A stretch of 64,000 bases of DNA, taken from contig OZ024742.1 of the NCBI GenBank assembly GCA_964016885.1, positions 271,994,001 to 272,058,000 of the forward strand, written 5' to 3'. Positions 14,323 through 29,459 of this stretch are shown here, one piece after another. Below the pieces are notes generated by a model. The model did no database searches and had not been told where the DNA came from. It saw nothing but the letters and a program-made list of their open reading frames with translations. Numbering within the stretch: position 1 is the first letter of the stretch; the number at the start of each line of letters is the position of its first letter. Both the position numbers and the translations under genes were made by a program. The DNA is from Eledone cirrhosa (taxonomy: Eukaryota).

Positions 14323-15000
14323 TAGTTTGCAGATAAATTGGTGGAATCATGTGAAAACACTTGTTAACAAGCATTTAAAGTGCCTACGAAAAAAATCAAT
14401 GTAAAACACAGGAACTGATCGGTGACAGATAAAAATACGCCGTAAACAAACACCCACTGAAAATACGGCTGATGCGACTGATCTAATCTAAAAATTAGAA
14501 AAGTATGATTTTATGCAGCGAAACAATTGTAGCGAATATGAAGTATGTATACTAATTTAATATATATATATATATATACTTTCGTTTCCTCCATGAGATT
14601 TTCATTTTATGAAAAGCGCAATACTTTCTCTGTGAAGCCACATAAAATTCCATGATGATTTGTCTTAGATTAATTGATATAATTTAATGTTTTGTCTTGT
14701 CTCTTACACCACTTGACAGCGTTTTGTCTTGTGTCCAAAATTATGACCCCGGGTGAACCAACAGTACCATTAGTAGGGGGCGAAATTGCAAACGTCCAAC
14801 TCAATGGCCGATGGCCATGGAATTCTATGTCTTTCATTTGTATTCATATTTCACAAGGATAATTTGTTAAAGTTTCCAAATAAAAAAAATGTTTTTCGTT
14901 TTGCCTTGATTTCGTTCGTTTTCTTGCCCTTTCTGTGTTAATATTACTAAGTTACACACACACACAGACACACACATATATATGTATATATATATGTAAT

Positions 15001-15098
<98 letters not shown>

Positions 15099-15219
15099 GG
15101 AGGTGAGTTTTATTGTAGTACAATAAAGCAATGCAGATATCGGATAAGAAGCACTCTACAGTTTGTGGGACTGGAGTATGCATAATATAAGATCAAAAGA
15201 TGGTTAAAGGAGTTCCATA

Positions 15220-15290
15220 TATTTTATTATGCGCATTTCAAAAACAAACATCATCAAGCAATAATATTTGTGTTTTCATCAGATAAAATA
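15220..15290 (-). ncRNA. type I hammerhead ribozyme with palindromic stem III (family B)
   Basis: Reverse complement of the motif at 15409-15479. Confidence 0.75.
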
Positions 15291-15408
15291 GGAGAACATG
15301 ATATGAAGGCTAAAAAACACTTGTGGATAGTGCAGCTTTAAATCAACATATGTTGATTTAAAACTGCACTATCCACAAGTGTTTTTTAGCCTTCATATCA
15401 TGTTCTCC

Positions 15409-15479
15409 TATTTTATCTGATGAAAACACAAATATTATTGCTTGATGATGTTTGTTTTTGAAATGCGCATAATAAAATA
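15409..15479 (+). ncRNA. type I hammerhead ribozyme with palindromic stem III (family B)
   Basis: TATTTTAT-CTGATGA-long stem II-GAAA-TGCGCA-TA-ATAAAATA. Confidence 0.78.
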
Positions 15480-15509
15480 TATGGAACTCCTTTAACCATC
15501 ATTTGATCT

Positions 15510-15840
<331 letters not shown>

Positions 15841-15842
<2 letters not shown>

Positions 15843-17398
15843 TTATTAAAATAACAGATGAAAGTTTCAGCAAAGAATCGCTGTTTTCACCCTTAACGGG
15901 ATCTTCTGAAACTAACAAAGTCAATCTGTAAACGCAGAAATGGATATTTCAAAAGAAGTTGCAACCGGAGGAAGACAAGAAGACGATACTTTGGTTCGTG
16001 GTAACGTTCCCTGGTACAGAACGGGAAAAAACGAATATAATACTTCATTAATAGGAGCGGTGAAAAACAATTACACGCAAAGACAGAACCACGTTTATGG
16101 TATAATAGAAGTCGTAGACTAATGTTCTCTTAGGTGGTTCATAGAGACGTTCTCTGGCAATGAACGGAAAAAACGATGATAATACGTCATATGTGGAGCG
16201 TGGAGAACAATTGCACGCAAAGACAAAACCACCTAAATGGTATACCTGAAGTCGTAGACTAAAATTATTACTAGGAAACCGAATGAATCTCCGCTTCAGA
16301 GTTAAGAATAAAGTAAATAAAATACAATACAGAGGTAATAGAAATTAAATGAATACATACACGCATGCAAATACGTACATACACAAGCATACGCGAAAAC
16401 ACTTGCCATCATCACGGTAGTGAAGGTACGTATACTTTCTCGTACGTATATTTGATTGTATATGTTATGGCGTATAATTATATATATTCTGGTACATATG
16501 GTTTGGTTATGTGTATAGGGGAGTTTTGCGCCTGTATGAGTATGCGGGTTCGTACATATGTAGGGTGTGTGTATATGTGTACTTCATGTTTTGGTTGACG
16601 TGGGTCTCCGAACATTTGTGTATTTACATGTAGGTATGTGTGTGCACTGTTATATACGTATTTATTTATTTATATACGTTTATTTAATTATTTATTTATT
16701 TGTATACACGCACACACACGTATTTATATGTGCGTGGTTTTGTATACCTATGGCAAGTGTTTTCGCGTATGCTTGTGTATGTACGTATTTGCATTCGTGT
16801 ATGTATTTATTTAATTTCTATTACCTCTGTATTGTATTTATTTACTTTATTCTTAACTCTGAAGCGGAGTTTCATTCGGTTTCCTAGTTAGAATTTTAAT
16901 CTACGACTTGAGGTATACCATTTACGTGGTATACCAGGTATACCATTTACGCTCCACATATGACGTATTATCATCTTTTTTTCCGTTCATTGTCAGAGAA
17001 CGTCTCTATGAACCACCTAAGAGAACATTAGTCTACGACTTCTTTTATACCATAAACGTGGTTCTGTCTTTGCGTGTAATTGTTTTTCACCGCTCCTATT
17101 AATGAAGTATTATATTCGTTTTTTTCCCGTTCTGTGCCAGGGAACATTTCCACGAAGCAAAGTATTGTCTTCCTGTCTTCCTCGGGTGGCAACATTTTTT
17201 GAAATATCCACTTCTGCGTTTACAGATTGACTTTGTTAGTTTCAGAAGAACCCGTTAAGGGTGAAAGCAGCGATTCTTTGCTTAAACTTTAATCTGTTAT
17301 TTTAATAAATATTTGTTCAACGGTTCTTATATATTTGATATATATTTATCCTTATCGAGCCCTCTTTGGATTTTAGTCTTCAAATTTATAATTATTAC

Positions 17399-17400
<2 letters not shown>
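15841..17400 (+). mobile_element. non-coding fold-back element with PLE-like architecture (arms 15841-16408 and 16750-17310, unpaired tail to 17400)
   Basis: Long inverted arms, an internal ~120-bp tandem duplication, an HHR-like motif in each arm, (TA)n flanks; termini recur at 11.7 and 33.9 kb. Confidence 0.75.
17238..17288 (+). ncRNA. type I hammerhead-like motif with CAGAAGA core variant (family C)
   Basis: AGTTT-CAGAAGA-ACCC gttaa GGGT-GAA-AGCA...TGCT-T-AAACT: all three stems pair; copies at 11831-11881(-), 15863-15913(-) and 33894-33944(+). Confidence 0.6.
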
Positions 17401-17472
<72 letters not shown>

Positions 17473-17480
17473 TGTGTGTT
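17400..17480. repeat. (TA)n(TG)n microsatellite
   Basis: Directly visible. Confidence 0.95.
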
Positions 17481-19174
17481 ATATAATATATATAACAGAC
17501 CTCCACATTTCACAAATTTCAAGTTATTATTTAGCCCGTAGATACTAGGTAGTGGGAATGAGTATACTTTAGAGGATTTCTGAAGTTAAGAATTGATTTG
17601 AAATTACTTCCGAACACCTTAGCAATTTGTTTTATTATATATTAAAAAAAAGGATATACTTGCTTCTTTAAATATTATTGGATTATTTGATGTATTTGTA
17701 AAAGCAAAGGGACGGAATTTTGATCGATACATACTGTCTACGTGAATACAAGAATGCTAAATAATATATTATGTAGCGAATTGGCGAATTGGTATCATTT
17801 GTTTGGTGTCTCATAAAACATTATTTTAATAAAGAGAAGAATGATTGCAACGCTGTTCTAGAATACATTGGCCAATAGTATCAAAATAGTTTTCAAATTG
17901 TGTGAATATAATAACGTTAGCAAATTACAAATGTTTTTTTTGGAAATTCTTTATAACTTATATAAGTATAGGTATTAACATAGCTATATGTCGATGGTTT
18001 TAGATTTTACAATATATATACAATGAGATATTATATTTAGGGTTTATTCTGGCCTGTATTATAAGTGTACATTTCCTACCTGCGTATTGTAAACTCTTGC
18101 TACACCATAGGTTACAAAGATGTATAAGAATGAGAAAATATTTTGCTATCTTCTCGAAGCCCTACAGTAAATATTTTCTACATCTCTCATTTAGAACTAA
18201 CTAATTGCCACATCTGAATTTTCTTGTTTTAATTTCAAGTTGTTGAGATCAAATTCATAGACATCATGTATTAAAAGCTTTCTTTTTAAAGGTTGGCCAA
18301 TATTCGTATATCAATGTGTGAGGTGTAAATAGTACTTGTATATACACATGTTTGCCTTCAGATCATTCTCGGATAAATTTTGTAAATATCCCATCTTTGT
18401 ATTCTATCAGCTTTACGTCATTTGAATATGTGGTTTGTTATCAGATCTTAACATCAAATTGTGTACTAAAAGATCTATCTCTATGATGTAAGCTATGATT
18501 GCTTAGCGTAAAGCGCGCACTTCGTTATGCATATAAAAGTCCTAAATTTCTCCTTATTTAACAAGCACAACCGCACCATGTAGATGACTAGTACCTTCAC
18601 TAGTCTTTATATTTCTGTACCCAGGCTTCATTTTCATCCAAACTTGGTCTGTCATTTTCATGCAACATGAAAATGCCAGACCAAGTTTGAAATCTTTCAT
18701 AAGACTAGTTCACATATATCCTGAAATACCTTAATGCAATACTTGTTTTCTTGAACAGCCCAAATACACAATTCATATCCCCATCAGGAACATATCATGG
18801 TACCCCTGTACACACATTCATGAAGATGAGTAACACTCAAATAAATTTCTTTAGGCTTTTCCAGCATGAGTTATATTTCTACAGATACCACAATCCTCAT
18901 TACTCTCCTGTAAGGGGATTCGTCGCATACTATCTTCACTGAAACTTACGCAGCTTACATATAGGTATTTATCTCGTATTCAATATTGTTTCTATTCAAC
19001 CAAGCTATTCGTCAGCTTACCAGATACCAATTTTTTAACCAGAAACTGCGTCTATTTTGGCAAAAGAGGTAATGTTAATTGTGCTGCTAACAGTACCATA
19101 ACTATGATTTCTGATTTTGGAACAAGAACAACGATATTCGGGGAGGGGATGTCCATTACGTCGACCAAAGTACG

Positions 19175-19320
19175 TTACTGCTGCTTTAATTTATCGACCC
19201 CCGTAAGGATGAATGGCAAATGGAACATAGGCGGGATTTGAAATCAATACGTAAAATAGCATAACTCTATGCCACAAAGCATGGCGTCCGATGTCCTACC
19301 GATATTACAAAGCCACTGTA
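19175..19320 (-). mobile_element. diverged Meta-like SINE
   Basis: TTTATCGACCCCCGTAAGGATGAATGGCAAA...GGCGGGATTTGAA...AAGCATGGCGTCCGA. Confidence 0.7.
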
Positions 19321-20059
19321 CTATAGTAGCCTAAAAATAAAATTTAATGGCTATCGTAGAGTAACTTTAATAAAACCTCGAAACCAATGTTTCTAATTAG
19401 TGTCAGTCACATCCAGTAGAGATTCAGTCAATCCATATATCATATCCATCTAAATTACTTAATTAGGACATGCTCTAAGAGACCTCATCGCACGAGGAAT
19501 TAGACAGTCAAAGTAAAATAGCTTACACTAACTTCTTCGCTGTTCGCACACGACTGATACTTTACTTAGCGACCTGGAAAGCAGGAACGGCAAATATGAC
19601 CTCGGTATGAATTGAACTTAGACCAGAGAGATTTGCAATTGTCAACGTATCTATAGGATACTACAAATGAATTGAAAACATTACTATGAGAATAGTTACA
19701 GTATTTGATTTAAAACCTTCTTTTATGACTTTCGACAAATCTCTTTAAATTTACATATTAACAAAATATTTCAGGCAGTCATGTGCTATACTTGAGACTG
19801 ATATAGCGTATACGCCTACATTTGCGAAGGTGGATTATGTGCAGTTTAAAATTAATATTTCAGTCTCAATTTTTAGTACACATTTCTTTAGCCACATTCA
19901 GCTACACTTCTCGTACATATTCTCTTTTAACACTTTGAATAAAAAACAAAAACAAATAAATATAACAATGAATGGAATTTCTTCATGTCTATAATTGACT
20001 TCCATTTCATCATATTATCCTGTTTGATAATTTGTCTCTATCAACAGAAATTTCTTCCT

Positions 20060-20540
20060 CCGTAAAAAGGATTTCTTCTTTCGTTTGCAGAAACTTCTGC
20101 AAGATATTTTCAATGATGCACTTCGTTCAATACACTGATACCATACTAGCCCAGGCAACTTTGAATATAAATAGTCGGCATGTGATTCATAATGAATGCA
20201 CAGCCAGCATCATTCCTGTCTTCTTGTCGATGTTGTACGATTCAATCATTTTCAGTGATGGAGTCTTGCAAAATACCTTATTAGCCATGTTCTGCTTGAG
20301 TTGAATGTGTGAATGATATTCCCCTCCTTGAATGAGGATATTAAACTCTTCTTAATTCTACGAAAATATTCATTGTTGAGGACAACCTTCAATCGGGTAC
20401 ATCTAATGTTGTCCCCTTTCAGTATTCCAGAACATTTCTATTTATTTTCCATCAAAATGCTGATATCTACATCAGGTAGATCGAGTCTTGCTGATTTTAT
20501 GATATTCAACGCATTTTCTCAATTACATTAAATCACATTT
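20060..20540 (-). pseudogene. decayed R4/Dong-like LINE relic (RT C-terminal region)
   Basis: Conceptual translation LDLPDVDISIL..K.SGILKGDNI...NEYFRRIKKSL.S...GNII...IRY...IDKKT aligns by eye with 50213-50640 (YKYLGVLEADD...EYIRGVRSVLKS...IIRY...DRKT). Confidence 0.55.
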
Positions 20541-20696
20541 CTTAATATCGAATGCCTTCACAAGTTCGTAGTGTTTGCCCACAGAAAAAGCAAACAAACA
20601 AAAATAAAACAGTTGATGGCTGCATTTGGCATGTATTCTTCCAGAAAATGTTGTTGATCCACTTTTCTATTCTGTCGCTGTGACATTATTACATTT

Positions 20697-20859
20697 GTAG
20701 GGCGGTTGATTGGCAGTATCGGTAGAGGGTCGGACGCCTTTACGATCTGAGTTTAAATCCCGCCGAGGTTGACTTTGCCTTTCATCCTTACGGGGTCGAT
20801 AACATAAAGTACCAGTAATGCACTGGTTAATTGCTGACCCTGTGCCTAAAGTAGAAACA
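20697..20859 (+). mobile_element. tRNA-derived Meta-like SINE with TSD
   Basis: Family consensus; 12-bp TSD ATTATTACATTT at 20685-20696 and 20860-20871. Confidence 0.88.
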
Positions 20860-22812
20860 ATTATTACATTTCTTTAGAATAAACCACAAAAGGATGATTA
20901 TTAATGCAACTATAATATTTGAGAGCCTGTCCCATTGCCTTATTCATTTTCCTCATGTAAATCTTCTATTATGCTCCCCGCAGATAATCACTCTACTCTC
21001 CAATGCTGCATTGAATGTTCAAATACATATGTTACCTTTTCCACGATCGGGAACAGATATAGAAAACGTTCGATGCGCGAGAAAAAATCTGTAAGTTATC
21101 CGACCGTTTATAATTGATTCATGCAAATCATACACAAACCTCATTTCGCATCTTTCCACATCCCTCTATTTTTCTACAGCTTTCAAATCTTTGCTTTGGC
21201 AACGATAAACGCCTCTGTTTCGGATTCAGAATGTCACGCTAACTTCCCAATTACTATATCCACTATGTTTTATCATTGAGCATCGTATTTGTCTCATATA
21301 TATTTCATTAATTACTTTTCCTTCTTCCCTTTTAGTCTCATATTATCACTTATTTCATTGTCTTCTTGTAGGCTAAATAAGCATGTCTGGTTTGTTTGAA
21401 TGTTACGATTTCGTTTATACTGATTGAATTCTCCTTTGAATTAATTATCTTAGTCACTCCCCGCAACCATGTTTCTTTTTGAACATGATACATTTGCTCT
21501 CATCTTCCATTCTTTTATTATTTCGTTAAATTACCCGTCTCCGCTGTTCCAACATACTTCGCATTCATCATTTCCATTTATTTTCCGTTCTCTTTTCCTC
21601 GGCACGTCTGTAAATACACTGGCCTCTACTACTTTTTTTAATGTGTTGGTACTGCCAATGCTTTTCACAAGCTATCATACCTATCACTAAGTTCATGTTT
21701 CGTCTGTTTTCTTTATACCTGGTTTGATCTACTTTCGTCTAGTTTAGTGCCTTTCACTCTTCTAGTGCCCTCAGCTTATGTCTATGTTGTCCATGTTATG
21801 ATTTTCATCTTGTAGATCTGCGCTTTCTATTGATGTAGTTATTGGTGTTAATTTCTCACTATTACATAGATAGATTTAATATTCATTCATATGAGTCTGC
21901 TCAGTTTGTTCTCTTAACTATTGTTTGATTCCCCTCATCATATTTTCAATTTTGCAGTCTGAGAGACCGTTTCCATTACTGATGTACAATACATATCTTG
22001 CAATCTGATGTTTACTAACACTAATCAATCCAATCTCCTTGTTAATGCCGAGAATCATTTTCCGGAATCCTCAATTCTCCAGTTCACTTCTTAAATACCA
22101 TTGAACTGCTTAAAAGGTTGTCTTAGTTTTCCCACTCCACTTTATGCACATTGGTTATAGGATGATAAACAACTCAGTGATCCTGAGCCAGAGAAAACTT
22201 ACCGATGGAGGAACCTTCATAATTTTCTTAACTTTATACTCTCCATTATTAAGCTTGCATTAATTATACGTGAATTTATCATATTATATGTCATAGTTAT
22301 TATCTAGATTTCCTTAGAAGCACAAGCATCCGCAACAATCCAATGTTAAGTTAATTGATATTCGTTGCATCGTATCGTCTCGTTGGTTGAACATTCTATC
22401 TCAATAGCTGGGAATATAGAATTCATTGTTTACGTATCAACGCTAGTGAAAGAAAACATGCCATTCACGTCAGATCTCCGTTTTCTCTAATAATTTCAAC
22501 ATCATGCAACTTAATCTATCCAGAGATAAGAAAATATCAATGCTGCTTTACAGTGCTAAAGTTATTTCTCCTGGTTGGTGAAACAGATTCTGTTGGATTT
22601 GTACGTGTGTGTTAGATAGTTATCAAGGTACGTATTTGCTCTTTGATTGATACTCTTAATTATTGTGTGTCTACTTTTCCTTCCATGGGCTATAGATTCC
22701 ATACACTGGTGGTTTTTCCCTGTTTGACTGATGGCCCACTATCTCTCTCTCTCTCTCTGGTGTGTTATCTTCTCTATATATTGTATTATATATATATACA
22801 TTTATATTTATA

Positions 22813-23971
22813 CTACCATCAGTATCCAGCGTTGCCTGGTTAGGTACAATCATATCTGCTTTGATGAAAGGTGTTGATCTTAGTGACTGCTTCTCGATGA
22901 CTCATCTATGACTACACACAGCCCATGCGGGGAGGGTGGTGATAACCTCTATCACTGAGAAACGCGGGTGACTGACGAAGGGACACGCTGGGGGATTGAG
23001 GTAATGACCTCTAACATTTCGACACGCTAATTCATTGGAAACCGATGAATTCTCAAATACACAACTAAAAGCTCAGACAACGTCAGTATCCATCGCTTTG
23101 CCTTTGACCAAGAGCCGGTTAGAAATACATGAGCTGGCGATTTTCTTGAAAATAGGCCGTAAGGTGTAGTAAATGGCGAAATGTTAAGTGAAATCATATG
23201 GAATACGTGTGAGGTGGAACCAATCGTATTTTGAAGAGTTAAACGGCTGCTACGCCGTCCCTGAACAAAAATGCAAAGTTATAAGATGTGCAATGATAGG
23301 TTCTATCGTAGAATAAATGTTGAACCAAATAAATTGATTTATGTGTGAGGTGGAGTGGAAGTTTCGAATTTGAACGAAATCGGTTGAAAAATGTGGTAGC
23401 TAGTGCCGAAAAGGCGGAAATTTGAGCGAAAATGTGGTATTTTCGAATATTTAAGCGGCTGTCACTCTGTTCCTTAACATGAAATCCAAAATCTAAAGCC
23501 ACTTTCAGACGTGAAAGGATCAGCTCTAGCGTAGTCTAAAATTCGAACAGAGTAGGTTGACTAATGTGGTAGCTAGAGCCGAAAAAGTGGAAATTTGAGT
23601 CTCAAAGTGGTATTTGTGAATATTTAAGCGGCTGCCACGCCGTCCCTGAATAAAAGATGCAAATTATAAAGGGATTACAGGATGTGCGATGATAGATTTT
23701 ATTTAGCTTTAAAATTTCAACGTAATCGGTTACAACATTTGGGAAAACATCTTGTTTTTCGCTACCTAAAAAAAGGGTGACCTCTATCGATTTTTATCTG
23801 CAGAATGACCCAGTAATAAAAAAACGATACGCTGATTTATAGAAAAAAATTCCCCGTTGATGAACCTATGAGCCTGTAAAGTTTCATGAAAATCGGTCGT
23901 AAGATGTAAGTCCCTATAGGTAATACACAGACACACAGACACGCACATACTTAATTTTATATATATACAGA
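22813..23971 (-). mobile_element. non-autonomous Helitron with internal tandem repeats
   Basis: Minus strand starts TCTGTATATATATAAAA, followed by a (GT/CTGT) microsatellite and CCGATTTTCATGAAACTTT; it ends with hairpin CCAGGCAACGCTGG shortly before GTAG|T (CTAG variant); internal repeats of ~180-210 bp at 23240-23700. Confidence 0.65.
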
Positions 23972-23988
23972 TATATATATATATATAT

Positions 23989-25558
23989 AAACGTTTGAAT
24001 ATGTGTAATAAGGCCAAAACAATGCAGGTATGGACATAGAAAAAAGAATGCAATAGTGAAAGATATTGATGAGAATTCGTCTTTCACCTTGAATTTATTT
24101 AAATGTCCTTAATTTTCGAGATAATATCTCTTCTTTGGAGGGAAGTAAAGGTCTCAAACCAGCGTCTTTAAATCTCTAGCCAAGCCATGCTGACCGGAAA
24201 TAGTATGGAGTATCTGTTCTAACTCTAATATCAAAGAATTAAAATTAGGTGGATAAAGAGTAGTCTCCCTTTAAGAGGGGTTTGTTTAGGTTTTTTTTTT
24301 GTTTTTTTTTAAATTTTATATACGTGCCTGTATATGTGTGTGGTAGAATGCATGATAGTGTAGGTATGTGGGTGTGTGTGTGTGTGAGTGTGGGAAGATA
24401 GGTCTAATCGTAAAAGTGGGGGGTAGGTGTTATCTGGTGTTAGAACTGGTTTTGTGTGTGTATGTGTGAGAGAGAGTAAGTGGAGGTGTAAGCGTGTGTG
24501 TGTGCCCGTGCGTGTGTGTGAGGTGTGTAAAAATGGGGCTAGAGGCCCTATCAGGTTATAAATTGGGTGTTGAGCTCTAGTCTATTATTGATTGGTGGAT
24601 GTGTTTTATCTATAATAAGTGCTTCCTTAATTCTAAGATTGCCGAGGTTTCTTTCCTTAGTTTCTATCCTAACTGTTATGTTTTTATCGGTGTTTTTGCA
24701 TTTAACTAGGTGTTTCTTAAATGAGGAAGCGTTAGTATTGAGGGGTTCTTTTATTCTTATGTGGAGTGGTCTGGTGGTGCTACCTACGTAGAAGTTGTTG
24801 CATTTGTCACACTCTAGTCTTTAGGATAGAAACTAAGGAAAGAAACCTCGGCAATCTTAGAATTAAGGAAGCACTTATTATATATAAAACACATCCACCA
24901 ATCAATAATAGACTAGAGCTCAACACCCAATTTATAACCTGATAGGGCCTCTAGCCCCATTTTTACACACCCCACACCCACGCACGCGCGCACACACACG
25001 CTTACACCTCCACTTACTCTCTCTCACACATACACACACAAAACCAGTTCTAACACCAGATAACACCTACCCCCCACTTTTACGATTAGACCTATCTTCC
25101 CACACTCACACACGCACACCCACATACCTACACCTTCATGCATTCTCCCACACACATATACAGGCACGTATATAAAATTAAAAAAAATATAATAAAAAAA
25201 CAAAAAAACCCTAAACAAAACCCTCTTAAAGGGAGAATACTCTTTATCCACCTAATTTTAATTCTTTGATATTAGAGTTAGAACAGATACTCCATACTAT
25301 TTCCGGTCAGCATGGCTTGGCTAGAGATTTAAAGACGCTGGATTGAGACCTTTACTTCCCTCCGAAGAAGAGATATTATCTCGAAAATTAAGGACATTTA
25401 AATAAATTCAAGGTGAAAGACGAATTCTCATCAATATCTTTCACTATTGCATTCTTTTTTCTATGTCCATACCTGCATTGTTTTGGCCTTATTACACATA
25501 TTCAAACGTTTATACCTCATTACACAATGCTTCAAGTGAACTATAACCTCCTCCTATA
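23989..25558. mobile_element. fold-back PLE remnant with GIY-YIG C-terminus (arms ~23989-24672 and ~24820-25512)
   Basis: Minus strand 24560-24815 translates CDKCNNFYVGSTTRPLHIRIKE...LRIKEALII...PPINNRLEL; long inverted arms; (TA)n flanks. Confidence 0.82.
25358..25394 (+). ncRNA. minimal hammerhead-like motif (family E), core probably mutated
   Basis: CCT-CCGAAGA-A-GAGAT att ATCTC-GAAA-AT-TA-AGG; the inverted copy at 24106-24142 has CCAAAGA. Confidence 0.5.
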
Positions 25559-25731
25559 TATATATATATAACCCATGTGCAAACCACGCAGTATTCTTCT
25601 TTCTTCTCATGTTTTATATATATATATATATATATATACTTAATATAAAAATGGCTTCTACAAAGCTAGAAATGTTTCATTCGAAGAAATCATCAGTAAA
25701 ACCCTTACTGTGTTTACCCCGATTGAAACTT

Positions 25732-25733
<2 letters not shown>

Positions 25734-25806
<73 letters not shown>

Positions 25807-25822
25807 CACACACACGCACACC

Positions 25823-25865
<43 letters not shown>

Positions 25866-25893
25866 GCACACACACACATACACACACACACAC

Positions 25894-25938
<45 letters not shown>
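25734..25938. repeat. (CA)n(TA)n microsatellite
   Basis: Directly visible. Confidence 0.95.
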
Positions 25939-25939
<1 letters not shown>

Positions 25940-26699
25940 GCACATGCATGCAATTATACACACAGAGATGCTACAATTCTCCTTTCATTTATATCTTGTT
26001 TCTGTAACATGTCTGTAACATGCTTCACACAGGTATCAAGCAGATCATTCAATACATTTTTCTATTATTGATTTCCAGCTTAACATACTCTATTTCGGCA
26101 TATTGAGGTAGTCTAATTCCCAGGCTACGTTATGTATCCTTATTAAGACCAAATAAATTTTCATTTTATGAAATATTAAAGATATGTACTTACGGCCAAT
26201 TTATCAACACGAATCATGACCAGTACACAACAAGTTTTATAATCGTAATTCCTCACGTTGCTTCTAAACAGAGAAACTACACTAGGCCTATACTTGTCAT
26301 ACATCAAAAGTCTGATGTTACTACTCATGTTTCCATTATCGTAATGAATGTTTCCTTATAGTCAGATAAATTACTCACGGGATGCAAATCACAAGATCCC
26401 TTAAAGTGAATGAAACTTCGGTGTTTCTATATATTTTGTTATAATAATAATTTACTTAGGAGCTGATGAATGTATTAGAGAACAAGGACAATTGTATTCA
26501 TCACTCACAACTCATTGACATTAAACATTTATACATTTTAATATGACATAAAGTCAAAAGAGATGTTCAGGACTACATTTTAATAGAATGCACGTAACCT
26601 TATTTGTACCTAAAAACACAGGTGTTTTGCTTTCATTTCTTCTTCTTCTCACTCTCATATATCTTTCTATTTTTCTCGTAATGTCCATGCTATCTTAAA

Positions 26700-26858
26700 C
26701 ATGCACACAGGCGAACACAGATACACACACCGACACACACACATACACAAACACAGACATACAGACGCACACACACACAAACACACACATACACAAACAC
26801 AGACATACAAACACACACGCACACACACACAAACACACAGATACACAGACACACACAT
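26700..26858. repeat. degenerate (CA)n microsatellite
   Basis: Directly visible. Confidence 0.9.
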
Positions 26859-27257
26859 GATTCCTAGATGCAGTAATTTGGTGAAGTCGAGGCCTTATTT
26901 CACCCTAAGCTTTATGGAACTGTAAGGATGTTTACATGAAAGAGTATTCCTACTTAGATATGTAACACTTATAATGATTATGATCAATATTTAGTCCTTT
27001 AGTTTCTATGGCGTCCATTCCTGCAAATCAGGTATTGTATCTCAATAAAATCGTCCTTTCTTCCTCCGAAGTCAGAGACTACGGCTTTCTTTTCTCAATT
27101 GAAAACGGCTTAAACGTGATTTAAATATGTGCAAACGTACATATATATGTACTAATCGTATGTGTGGTACATATAAGTGGCACATTTATTTTTATATTTA
27201 TTAGTCTTGGTAATATATTTTGTAATTATTTATCTCTATTATAAGATTATTTGATGA

Positions 27258-28828
<1,571 letters not shown>

Positions 28829-28831
28829 ACA

Positions 28832-29332
28832 TCTATATATAAAACTGAGGATGTCTGTGTGTGTGTGTCTGTGAACTTGAATCCCTAAAACTCGAGAAGT
28901 ACAAAACCAATTTTTTTAAAACTTTACTTGTGTATTACTTATGTTTCAGGGAGTGTTATGCAGATAAACTTCTACTTCTTCATCCCCCAGTGCCCGCATT
29001 AGGTGAAAACCTGCGTTTTTTCAAATATTTAAGGTTTTTTTGAGGCGTTAAGTCACGCCGATTTCCTTGAAATTGTAACTATGTATTAGTCAGTCTCTTC
29101 TTTATACCGTGAGCAAATAAAATCCAACTATCTTTGGCCTAAGGCTCGCATTAGGTGAAAACCTGCATTTTTCCTTCTGCATCGAGGAAAATCTTAAAGT
29201 TTATCAGCCATCGGAATATTCGGTTTATTTTCTTTACATACTGTGCAGGCATGCAGTTTTCCCAGGATTAGGTATGTTGGCAGCCCGCGTTCCAAAATCA
29301 TTTATCCTGTGCAACGCGGGGTACCAGTGCTC

Positions 29333-29333
<1 letters not shown>
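28832..29333 (+). mobile_element. non-autonomous Helitron
   Basis: A|TCTATATATAAAA start, then a (GT) microsatellite; 3' hairpin CCTGTGCAACGCGGGG followed by CTCG|T (CTAG variant); AT target. Confidence 0.78.
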
Positions 29334-29370
<37 letters not shown>

Positions 29371-29426
29371 ATATAATATAATAAATAGAGACAAACACAC
29401 ACACATTCACACACACACACACACAC

Positions 29427-29457
<31 letters not shown>

Positions 29458-29459
<2 letters not shown>

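Noticed and set aside
18600-18960. Possible ancient RTE-like LINE relic (also 21500-21700)
   Set aside because: Similarity is too weak to support without an alignment search
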